From positions 384,001-448,000 of the forward strand of contig CAVVUS010000011.1 in assembly GCA_963751345.1 (NCBI GenBank): a stretch of 64,000 bases of DNA, in the 5' to 3' direction. Of the stretch, positions 54,800 through 64,000 are shown one piece after another. Below the pieces are notes generated by a model that saw only the letters and a list, made by a program, of their open reading frames with translations, was not told where the DNA came from and did no database searches. The position numbers and the translations under genes were made by a program. Position 1 is the first letter of the stretch; each line of letters begins with the position of its first letter. Origin of the DNA: an uncultured Chloroflexia bacterium (GTDB taxonomy: Bacteria; Chloroflexota; Anaerolineae; B4-G1; SLSP01).

Positions 54800-55924
54800 T
54801 CAGAGTATCAGCATCGCGTCGCCAAATGAGAAGAACCGGTACCGTGCTTCGATGGCTTCCCGATAGGCCCGACGGATGTTGTCTACGCCCGCAAATGCCA
54901 TCACCAGCGCCATCAGCGTGCTCCGGGGCAGGTGGAAGTTGGTGATGAGGGCATCGACCACCCGGAACTGGAACCCTGGCGTGATGTAGAGATCGGAGAA
55001 TCCCTCAAATGGCGAGAGCGACCGCCAGGGACACTGGGGAGAGACACCGTCCGTACCGCACGTCCCTGCCTCGAGGTCGCTCCCGACTTCTGGGTCGGCC
55101 TCGATCGGCGATTGCAGCAGCCCGTGACGCGCGGCAGTCTCCAGAACGCGAACGCTCGTGGTGCCTACCGCGACCACGCGGCGGCTGCTGACCTTGGTAC
55201 GGTTGACTTGCTCGGCCGTACGGAGATCGACCTGGCACCACTCCCGATGGATCTCGTGCCCCTCCAAGGTGCGCTCCGTAATCGGTCGGAAGGTATCCAG
55301 GCCGACGTGCAGCGTGACGAAGGCCAGGCCGACGCCCTCCGCCCGTAGCCCCAACATCAGGTCCGGTGTGAAGTGCAGCCCCGCCGTGGGTGCGGCCGCG
55401 CTCCCTGGCGTTCGGGCGTAGATGGTCTGGTAACGCTCCGGGTCATCGAGCCGCTTATGGATATAGGGCGGAAGGGGAGTGTGCCCGAGTGCCTCGAAGT
55501 ACCTCTCGACAGGCTCGGAGAAACGCAGCGTACGCTCGCCCCTCTCACCGCTTTCGATCACTTCGGCGGTGAGCTGCGAGGGCTCGTCATCCCTCAGCAG
55601 CCGGATTCTCGACCCCTTGCGTGTTGTTGCGCCGCCCACCAGGCAGCGCCAGCTCTGCTCGCCTAGCTTGCGCAGCAGGAGGATCTCCACTCGTCCGCCG
55701 GTGGGCTCCTTCTGACCGTACATGCGGGCCGGAATAACCCTACTCTCGTTGGCGACGAGAAGATCGCCGCGTGCCATGTAGTCACCGACGTCCCGGAAGA
55801 TCCGGTGCTCGATCTCGCCTGTATCGCGATGGAGCACCAGGAGACGGGATTCGTCACGATGGTCGATGGGCTCCTGAGCGATGAGCTCCTCCGGGAGCTC
55901 GTAATCCAGTTCATCAGTCTTCAT
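54800..55924 (-). CDS. queA: SAM:tRNA ribosyltransferase-isomerase QueA
   Basis: DYELPEELIAQ, PLPPYI, YQTIYA..GSAAAPTAGLHF, VGTTSVR, TNFHLPRSTL and YRFFSFGDAM. Confidence 0.96.
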   Translation of the reverse strand: MKTDELDYELPEELIAQEPIDHRDESRLLVLHRDTGEIEHRIFRDVGDYMARGDLLVANESRVIPARMYGQKEPTGGRVEILLLRKLGEQSWRCLVGGATTRKGSRIRLLRDDEPSQLTAEVIESGERGERTLRFSEPVERYFEALGHTPLPPYIHKRLDDPERYQTIYARTPGSAAAPTAGLHFTPDLMLGLRAEGVGLAFVTLHVGLDTFRPITERTLEGHEIHREWCQVDLRTAEQVNRTKVSSRRVVAVGTTSVRVLETAARHGLLQSPIEADPEVGSDLEAGTCGTDGVSPQCPWRSLSPFEGFSDLYITPGFQFRVVDALITNFHLPRSTLMALVMAFAGVDNIRRAYREAIEARYRFFSFGDAMLIL

Positions 55925-55960
55925 TGATAGCCTTCTTGGCCCTCCCGCTTCGCGAAGGTT

Positions 55961-57307
55961 TCATCTTTCCGGCAGCAGGACGGGGCGAAGTTCAGGAGCG
56001 TAGGCGTCCAGCAGCTCCGGCGTGAGGGCGTTGCCACGCGCGATGGCGCCGTAGAGGTCGGCGCTGGGCCGTGGTGTCCGTTCCTGTGTGTGCGGGTCGA
56101 CTTCGATGAGGCCAAAGGGAAGCGTCCAGCCCTCCGACCACTCGAAGTTGTCCACAAGCGTCCAGTGATAGTAGCTCATCACCGGCACGTTTTCCTGGAT
56201 GACGCGCCAGAGCTGGTGCAGATGCCGGAGCAGCGCCCGAGGGCGTTGGTCGTCATCGCCGTCGGGTATCCCGTTCTCCGTGATGTGAATCGGAATGTTG
56301 AGGCGTGCCAGTCGCCTGCACGCGCGGGCCAAGCCCTCCGGATAGAGCTCGCCGTAGTCGCCGTCGAGGAGTTCTGCATCCTCGCTGTGCAGTAGCTGGC
56401 TCATCCCAGGCTCCTCAGAATGCCGATCAAACCGCACCAGATCGCGGGTGTAGTAGTTGAGGCCGATCCAGTCCAGTGTGCCCTGTGTGGCAAATGCAGG
56501 GAGAAACCCAAGCGGTGGCAGCCACCAACCGAGCGGCACCAGCTTGCCGGGTGCCAGGGCTCTGAGTGTGGTCTGATTGAACCATAGATCGTGGACCCAC
56601 GCCGCTATGCGGTCGAGCGGGCGCCTCGGGTTAGCAGGGTCGAAGAACCGCAGGTTATGTGCCAGGCCGACCTGTGCATCCTCCTGGCTCCGGTGTATCA
56701 CCCGGTAGGCCGCGGCATGGGCGCGCAGCATGTTGCGCAACACGGTCGCCGCCATGTTGAGGTCCTGCGCTCCCGGGGGAAATGTGCCCAGGATGTAACC
56801 CTCTGAGGCGTAGACGTTGGGCTCGTTGATCGTACACCACAGCGTGGCATAGTCGCCGAGCGCGCGCATCACCTGGTCCACATAGCGGACGAAGTAGGGG
56901 ATCACGTCAGGGTTGGTCCATCCGCCCTTCTCCGCCAGCCAGAGGGGATCGGAGAAGTGGTGCAGGGTCACCATGGGCTCGATGCCGCGGTCGCGCAGTC
57001 CCCGCAGCATCTCACGATAGCGGTCGAGTGCCGCGGTGTCGATCCGGCCGGGCGCTACCTCGACCCGACTCCACTCGATGGAGAGCCGCAGCGTCGTCAG
57101 GTTCATCGCTGCCGCGCGGTCGAAGTCCGCCTCGGCGTTGTCCCACCAGTCACAGGCTAGACCGGATGTATGTCCCCCGGCGATCCGGCCGGGTTGCTGT
57201 TCCCATGCCCACCACTGATTGTTGGTGTTGTTACCCTCGACCTGGTGAGACGCCGTGGCGGCGCCCCACCTGAAATCGGGTGGAAAGTGGTATGTGGCAT
57301 CGGGCAT
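55961..57307 (-). CDS. glycoside hydrolase family 1 (beta-glucosidase-like)
   Basis: FRWGAATASHQVEG, INEP (acid/base), ITENG (nucleophile) and DNFEW. Confidence 0.93.
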   Translation of the reverse strand: MPDATYHFPPDFRWGAATASHQVEGNNTNNQWWAWEQQPGRIAGGHTSGLACDWWDNAEADFDRAAAMNLTTLRLSIEWSRVEVAPGRIDTAALDRYREMLRGLRDRGIEPMVTLHHFSDPLWLAEKGGWTNPDVIPYFVRYVDQVMRALGDYATLWCTINEPNVYASEGYILGTFPPGAQDLNMAATVLRNMLRAHAAAYRVIHRSQEDAQVGLAHNLRFFDPANPRRPLDRIAAWVHDLWFNQTTLRALAPGKLVPLGWWLPPLGFLPAFATQGTLDWIGLNYYTRDLVRFDRHSEEPGMSQLLHSEDAELLDGDYGELYPEGLARACRRLARLNIPIHITENGIPDGDDDQRPRALLRHLHQLWRVIQENVPVMSYYHWTLVDNFEWSEGWTLPFGLIEVDPHTQERTPRPSADLYGAIARGNALTPELLDAYAPELRPVLLPER

Positions 57308-57456
57308 TGATCGACTCCATCATCAGAAGACGACCCGTCGGGTCGTCTCTGTAGTCCAGGTACATTGAGGCCCGGCAGTCAGCCGGGCGCTGCAAGGCAT
57401 TATAGTCGATCCGACCTACCAGGCAATCGCACACTCGTTGGACGTGTAGTCGTGCC

Positions 57457-60400
57457 CTACGGCGCGACTCGAACCGGCTCGTCGAGCGTCACACGGTTGG
57501 CCTGCACCATCTTTGGGTCGGGTGCTGTCGCCGTCAGGCGATCTCCCGTCCCTGGATCGTACCACCCGACACCCAGGTGATACGTCCCCTCGGGGACCTC
57601 TGCCACGTCGAGGGTCACGGTCTCGCTGACCACCTCTCCGGCCATCCACAAGGTGGTCGGGTAGGTCCAGTCTCGCGGCATCGCGTCATTCTGGGTGACG
57701 ACGACCTCGGTCTCCGGATTGTAGAGGTGCACGAAGCGCTTGTAATCCTGTGAGGGTGTGGCCGCGGCCTGCCACCATAGTGTCAGCTGCAACTGCTGCC
57801 ATCCGAAGCGCCCGTACCCCCGATGAGGTCGTAGCCCAGCAGCCGGATCGTGTCTTTTCTCCGAAGGAGGCGTCTGCTCCGAAGGAGGCGGACTCGGGGT
57901 GAGAGATCGTCGGGGCGGTGAAGAGCCGTGGACGCGCAGCCACCTGCACGGTGGCCACCGGGCCGCATGCGGTGACGCCCGATACCTCTCCAGCCAGCGT
58001 CAAGCCGAGTTCATAGGTGCCCTCGGCGAGCCGCGTCGGGAGACCGACGGTCACGGGAGAGAGCACCCACGTGTGCCGCGGCCACGCCGACGTCCTGCTC
58101 CCTGCGGCCAATGGGGCTGTCGTGGTGCCGACGATGTTGCCGGTCGAGTCGGTCAGCGTCCACGTGGCACTCAGATCGTCAGTTGGCTGAAGCAGGGCAT
58201 TCCACTGTGGCTGCAGTTGGAGGCTCTCTCCCTCCTGGATCGTGTCGGGCACGTCCAGGCCGAGGAGGGCCACCTCGCCGTTCTGACAGAGGATCGTCGC
58301 CCCCTTTCGGGTCTGCTCGCAGCACGCCGTGCGAAGATCATAGAGAGTGGGCGTGTCGAGGCGGATGGGGAGGTCAACCTGGCCCCCGCCTTCCATCGTG
58401 GCCTGCAGGTAGGTCACGACCTGGAGGACATAGTCGCCCGGCGCCAGTCCCTCGGGAAGAGGCACAACCACGGTGTCCACAACGCGTTGTCCCGGCTCCC
58501 AGAGGGTGGTGGGAAGGTAGCCGTAGCCGGGTTGCAGGTCTTGCTGGGCAAGCCGTCGCCCGTTCAAGTCCAGGACCCTCAGCGAGAGACGCCAGTTCCT
58601 GGCTGTGCCTGCAGTGGAGACGAGGCACCTGATCTTTCTCTCCGACGGCAGCCGCACTTTGGGTAGGGCACTCCCCTGTCTCTACGAGGGCGGTCGCGGG
58701 TTGGGCGGGACACTGCTCTGCCTCCACGCCGGCGGTCGTGCCTTGGGCGCACGACGCCGTTTCAGCTTCGACGGCAGGCTGGCTCAGAGTCCAGGTCATC
58801 TTCAGACGGAGGGTCTCGGGCTGTGGCTGTTCCACATCGAGCGCGAGCAGGTTCAGATCCTGGAATTGGGCGAGCACCGGGTCGTCATCATCCGCGGGTG
58901 GACCCTTGGGCACGCGGAGTTCACCGACGTAGAGCGGGCCCATCGTGTGCCCCTCGGCAGTCATCGGTGAGAGTTCCCCCGATGCGCCGGTGACACGGAG
59001 CTGGACGAGATAGAGTCCGCGCGAGAGGTCAACCGGAAGCGTCAGGGTCAGCCGGTTCGTCGCTGCAAGCGGTGCGGCGGCCTGCGCGACCGCAGCATCG
59101 ACGCCGTGCCGTGGTTCGGCCGGCGACACCACCTTGAGCGTCACCGTGAGGGGCTCCGCTGGGGGAGTGTCCCATACGAGGTCGACCGTGATAGTCTGGC
59201 CGGGTTCCACCGTCTCGGTCGATAGCCGGGCCGATTCCAGGCCGAGGTCACCGTAGGCCACCGGCCCGCGGTGGGGATAGGGCATCTGGTCGAAGTCGAA
59301 GAAGACGGCCTCACCTTCCGCGGGCTGCCCGGTCACGACCCCCGGCTGCAGGAAGAGTGGGCCGATCAGAGCAGCCCCAAGCACGCTGATGGCAATGCAT
59401 GCACCCCGGACCAGCGCCTTGATCTCTCGGTTTCCAGGCTGCTGTCTCCAGCCGCCGGCCCATATGAGGGCAACGGCGGCAACCACGACGGCGCCAAGTG
59501 AGCCTAGAGATGAGGCGCGTTCCAATGGCGTCGCCCGCAGCCTTAGGCTCACGGTGTGATTGCCCGGCACGAGATCCACTGCCAGTCGGCCGGAGCCCTC
59601 CACAGCATAGCACGGTGAAGGAGCGCCATCCACCGTCGCCGTCCACCCGGGCCACCAGTTAACCGGGAAGGCTACGGATGTGTTCGCCTCCATCACCGTG
59701 ACCGACCACGTCTGTTTGACCGGTGTGGATGCTATCAACTGGCCGTCGATGAGCGCGGGTCCCGCCGACTCGCCATCACCCACGGCGCGCAGCGACCCGT
59801 GGCGCTATCGCTCAGTCCGCTGGGCGCCTCGACCAGTCCGCTGGGCGCTTCGACCAGTCTGCTGGGCGCGTCGACCACGGCCTCCGAGATGTAGAGCCGG
59901 GGCACGACGGCGGCCGGGAGATATTCGTAGCGAATCGTGGTGCCGATGTTGCCCGTGAAGGTCTCATAGAACTGCAGATTCTCCCACGTCACATCACCGG
60001 GCGAGATGGCGAGCCGGTCCGGATGGAGGCCGAGAAGCGCCGCAGCGACCGTGAGGATCCCCGCGGCCAGGGCAAGTCCGCCCCGCACGTATCCCTGCCG
60101 CAGGTGCGGTTGCCCGGGGGCAGCCGCGTCCAGGCCGGCCAGAGGCTCGATGATCGCACCGGCGATGGCGGCGGTGAAGAGCGCCTGGATGGATAGGAAA
60201 CGCCAGGGGAACTGCGTCAGCGCCAGAAGCGACAGTCTCTTCCACAAGACGGCCGACAGTGGCGTGATCATGAAGGTGCTCAGCAGCAGGCCGGGCAGAA
60301 GCGCAAATGGCAGATAGGCAGCCGGCAGGCTCCGAGGGCCGGTGGGCGAGGTCGTCTCCGTGAGTGATGCTTCCCGCGACCTGGCAGCGAGGCGGCGCCC

Positions 60401-61482
60401 GACGGCGATGACGACTGCCGCGCTGCCCGCAAGGGCGAGCAGTGCCTGGACCAGACCCATCGCAAACGGCCCCGCTGCGTCCAGCGTGCCTGCCACGCTG
60501 TAGTTGAAGATCGGGACGCGCTGCACAAGATTGAGCCCGCGGAAATGGTTGCTGTAATTGAAATACCCCTCGGTGAACGCGGATCCCATCTGACCGTACT
60601 TCGTCTCAGCGATGGCGGGCAGCCAGAACCACATCGTCAGCAGGATCCCCGTCACGAACGACATCAGCACGCCGACGAGCCGGAAGACCTTTGGGGCAAG
60701 CCCAGAGTCTGCTCGGACCGGAAACCCCAAAGGTCTCGGCGTGGGCGATCCACACCGACACCAGGGCGTAGAAGAGTGCAAAGGGAGAGAAGATCAGCGC
60801 GGAGACGTTGTGGGTGAGGATGAGGGCCCCATAGGCGCCCCCTGCAGCGAGGACGCGTCCAACCGTGGGCCGGGACGCCACGCGATCCAGTGCCCATAGG
60901 ATGAGGGGAAACCAGACAAAGGCGTAGAACTCCGACAGCGAGTCTCCCCGCACATAGACGTTGACCAGGTGGAAGGGGGCGAAGGTATAGGCGGTCACAG
61001 CCAGCAGACGTGCCGTGGTGCCCCGGAAGATGCGGCTCGACCAGAGTCCCATCGTGATCGCTGCCAGGATGAAGCCGAGTGTCTGTGTTGCCTGTATCGC
61101 CGACAACACATTGATGCCCAGAGCCGTGAGCCCGCCGCTGACATAATAAGGGAGCGCGGCGTAGTAGTTGAAGAACGGATAGCCCAGGTCGTAAGCCGCG
61201 TGGGACATCCAGCGCGGCGGGAAAATGCCGTGGGCCAGGCTGTCCGCCATATCCATCGTCCGCTGCAGGAGAAACGGACTGTCGCCACCGCCACGGGTGT
61301 TGACGATGCCCGGCCCCCAGAGCGGGGCCGCCGCCAGGAGGCCGAGGAGTAGCCAGATCACAAACGACCTGGAGGCAAAGATCGAGCGGCGGGAGACGGA
61401 CGCAGACGCCCCTCGCCGATTCCGACGGCTCGCCGATTCCGATCGGCGTGGCGTCGAGCCGCAGCGTCTTTGGCATCGTCAT
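57457..61482 (-). CDS. large GT-C-type membrane protein (PTPS-related membrane domain) with C-terminal beta-rich domains (several frameshifts)
   Basis: PRWMSHAAYDLGYPFFNYY, YVRGDSLSE, LTHN, QFPWRFL, WWPGWTATVDG, and repeated PT..W..G..V.D...L..G.Y.L modules across ORFs 60606..61361, 59735..60781, 58374..59783, 57686..58657 and 57457..57792. Confidence 0.72.
57859..57894. repeat. 18-nt tandem x2 with CTCC-GAA-GGAG mini-hairpin
   Basis: ctccgaaggaggcgtctg and ctccgaaggaggcggact; encodes ASFGAD ASFG on the minus strand. Confidence 0.65.
59813..59875. repeat. 21-nt tandem x3, CCAG-TCYG-CTGG family
   Basis: (cagtcYgctgggcgcNtcgac) x3; encodes VEAPSGL on the minus strand. Confidence 0.88.
60683..60737. 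repeat. REP-like nested palindromic element, copy 1 (intragenic)
   Basis: 12-bp arms agacctttgggg and ccccaaaggtct around an inner hairpin; near-identical to 63614..63667. Confidence 0.88.
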
Positions 61483-63688
61483 TGCGGCGGCTCGGTGAGG
61501 ATGACGGGTAGGTTGACGCCACCCATTGTCATGCGTCCCGTTGACCTGTGCCGCCACGCCCTCGCCCGTCTCCGAATCGTAGAGCCCCACCAACAGGCGA
61601 TCCTCGCCGGGCGAAGCGTGGTCGGGGGAGGGGCTCACGCCAGCGACCGGATGAAGGTCGAGGACGAGGTCGCCGGGCTGCCAGAACGACGTCGCGAGGT
61701 GGCCGAAGCCCGGTTGTCCGTCATGCTGGGCGATCTTGACACCGTCGCGTAGATAGTGGACAAATACGGTGTAGTCGCGATCGAGAGGTTTGGTCGTCTC
61801 CCACCACAGGTAGACCACGGCTCCCGCGGAGATGTCGGGCTCCCTCCTCCCGACGGAGAGGGCTGGGGAGGGGGCCGGCGCGACGAGCGCCGCGCGCAGC
61901 ACCACGCCGTTGTCGAACTCTGCCACGGGCGGCGGGACGTCAGGACGCGTGGCGGGCGATGATGATCGTGGCGATGCTGTAGGGCGCCGGGTCCAGGTCT
62001 CCCTGCGCCTCCGGTCCCTGTCTCACCTGCAGATAGGCGGGGTGGGGGAGATAAGGCAGCACGTCGGGCTCCCAATCGCGGTAGGGCCAGACGACGAAGG
62101 CCAGGCCGGCGTCATCCGACCGGCGTTTGCTCGATTGGGAGGAATGCCACCGACGACGCTGGGACGAGAAAGGGCAGCGACGTCCACTCGTCCCAGATCT
62201 GGCGGTCGACGTAGACGTATATGCTCTCTCCACCTCCTCCCGCCGTGGGGGAGGGCTGGGGAGGCGAAGCGGAATGCAGCATACGCGAGCCGTCCCACCC
62301 CGTGCCGATGAGCGTGTTGATCTCTCCGGCGAGGTCGACCGGACCCGCCTCAAACCAGTGGTAGGCCAGCGGCTCTGAAGGGTAGCGTATGAAGTAGTCG
62401 TGCGCCGTGCTGCCGAGTCCTGCCGCCAGGATGAGCGCGGGGAGCAGGTGCGTCAGGCCGCGCCCGCCGCGTGCCGGCCACCGCTTGTGATAGCCACGCC
62501 AGGCCGAGGACCGGCAGCAGTGCCGCCGTTGGCAGCACCCCCACACCTCGAAGGAAGTGCGGCGCGTCCTCAGCCAGCAGCGTGGGCACCGCCATAGCGG
62601 CGGTCCACAGGAGGACGGTCGCCATCGCCGCGCTGCGGCGGAATCGTGCGAGGGCAACCCCGACGCCAATCGTGAAAGCCAGCCCCAGCGCAGGGCCCCA
62701 CACCGGACGCCCCGAGACGTTGTGACGCCAAATCCGATCGCCCCGGATCGTGAACATGCCGAGGGTCGCCAGTGTGTGGCGCCCCAGGGTCTGCCAGAAG
62801 TGGCCGCCGTTGATCTGTTCGCTGAACACCGATACCTGTCCGGTACGCGCGAGCACGATGTCGGGATGCCCCAACGTATAGAGCCCCAGCGGCAACAGAA
62901 CGACGAGGGCGACCAGGCCTGCCCATACCGCGCCGCGCCAAAGACGCTTCATCTCTTCCCGGTGGGTGAGGAGCCCATAGATACCCAGGCACGCCACGGC
63001 GACCGGCGTAAACCGGGCCGCATTGTATGTGTACCAACTGGCACCATAGAGTGCGCCTGCGGCTATCCAGTGCGCCATCGGGCGAATGCCCTGTCGGCGC
63101 GCGCACGGCAGTAGTCTGCCGCACGGCAGTAGCCTGCCGCACGGCCTTAGCCGCCTGCGAGAGAAAGAGCGCCGTCAAGAGCGGAAGCAACACCGCGCGA
63201 AACCCGACCCGGCTCAGGTGCACGTGCCACAATGTCACGGCCAGGACGCCGAGTGCCAGGCGCCCCGCGCGCCGCCCCCAGAGCGTCCGACCCAGATCGT
63301 ACGTCGCAGCCAGGGTCAGGAATCCGACGTAGAAGGAGGGCAGGCGCACGGCGAGGGGACTGCGTCCCAGGATCGCGACGCCCAGTGTCACCAGGTAGAC
63401 GAAAAGCGGCTCACGCCCGTTGTTCGCCCCGAAATAGAGTTGGGGGCGCCCACCGAGGATGGAAAGTGCGTCCAGCCCGTGCTGGGCTTCGTCGTGGTAG
63501 AGACCTGGGGGGACTTGTCCGAAGGCTGCGAGCCGCAGCACTGCGCCCAGGAGAAGGAGTCCGAGAACGAGCAGGCGGCCTCGCCAGAACCGCCTGCCCC
63601 GTGCGGTCCCGATGAAGACCTTTGGGGCAAGCCCGAGTCTGCTCGGGCCGGAAACCCCAAAGGTCTCGATGCGGGCGTGCCGGTTCAT
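61479..63688 (-). CDS. ArnT/PMT-like (GT-C) glycosyltransferase (several frameshifts)
   Basis: PPGLYHDEA, NNGREPLFVYL, WHVHLSRVGFR, YTYNAAR, GDRIWRHN, APHFLR, and C-terminal DYTVFVH...QHDGQP..W.PGD module. Confidence 0.8.
63103..63145. repeat. 18-nt hairpin tandem CGGCAG-TAGY-CTGCCG
   Basis: (gcacggcagtagYctgcc) x2.4; encodes AVRQAT AVRQTT on the minus strand. Confidence 0.85.
63614..63667. repeat. REP-like nested palindromic element, copy 2 (54 nt, in frame)
   Basis: gaagacctttggggcaagcccgagtctgctcgggccggaaaccccaaaggtctc; encodes ETFGVSGPSRLGLAPKVF. Confidence 0.88.
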
Positions 63689-63746
63689 CCCCGAGAATCT
63701 CCTCTGTCCTGGCACTGGGCGACGCAGCTTGGGAAAAGGCGCAATC

Positions 63747-64000
63747 TCAGGTCGCCGTTCCGGACGCGCAGACCAGTGTGCCGTAAGCGAACCCCTCCGG
63801 ATCCAGCAGGGCATCTCTCAGGCAATCGGGGTCCGCCCCTGTCATAATCCGCACGCGGAGCCACGGCTGTTCGCTCACCAGGCTGACCATTCTTTCGACC
63901 TTGTCTGCCATACCCCCGGTGACGTCGGTGTACCCTGATTGGCGAAGGTATTCCCGGACCTGCGGGTAGCTCTCCGGCGTGATCACCGGTATGACCTGCC
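63747..64000 (-). CDS. C-terminus of an amino-acid-kinase family protein, isopentenyl phosphate kinase-like (partial)
   Basis: DVTGGMADKV motif and terminal GT motif; the 5' part lies outside the window. Confidence 0.65.
   Translation of the reverse strand, partial: QVIPVITPESYPQVREYLRQSGYTDVTGGMADKVERMVSLVSEQPWLRVRIMTGADPDCLRDALLDPEGFAYGTLVCASGTAT

Noticed and set aside
3793-63688. Calling the split genes pseudogenes
   Set aside because: Breaks are evenly spread, hit housekeeping genes and leave catalytic motifs intact, so sequencing indels are more parsimonious.
1-64000. tRNA/rRNA genes, IS elements, integrases, prophage
   Set aside because: No such motifs were recognised anywhere in the window.

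Overview
GC-rich chromosomal window, most likely from Chloroflexota (Anaerolineae). This is inferred from the GAF-rich signalling proteins, GT-C glycosyltransferases with C-terminal beta-rich domains and an isopentenyl-phosphate-kinase-like gene end. Most long genes are broken by single-base frame changes, which fits an unpolished long-read assembly, so split genes are reported merged. Content in order: (1) ECF ATPase and a PanT-like S component; (2) an acyl-CoA carboxylase set plus bioY, running into a 13 kb pfa/hgl-type iterative PKS/FAS cluster; (3) housekeeping genes (RNase H-like, mnmA, recJ, epimerase) and a candidate 6S-like RNA; (4) TPR and YfhO-like membrane proteins; (5) a ~23 kb coupled signalling operon with 2 single-domain response regulators, 2 histidine kinases and 6 membrane-anchored GAF proteins that lack output domains and share a split-GAF C-terminal module; (6) ferredoxin, PHP hydrolase, queA, a GH1 glycosidase and two large GT-C proteins. 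Independently of the genes, several families of short hairpin-forming DNA repeats sit in frame inside protein loops, in both orientations and different frames. The best candidates for undescribed biology are the GAF receptor array, the intragenic hairpin-repeat families and the hgl/pfa-like lipid cluster with a possible programmed -1 frameshift.
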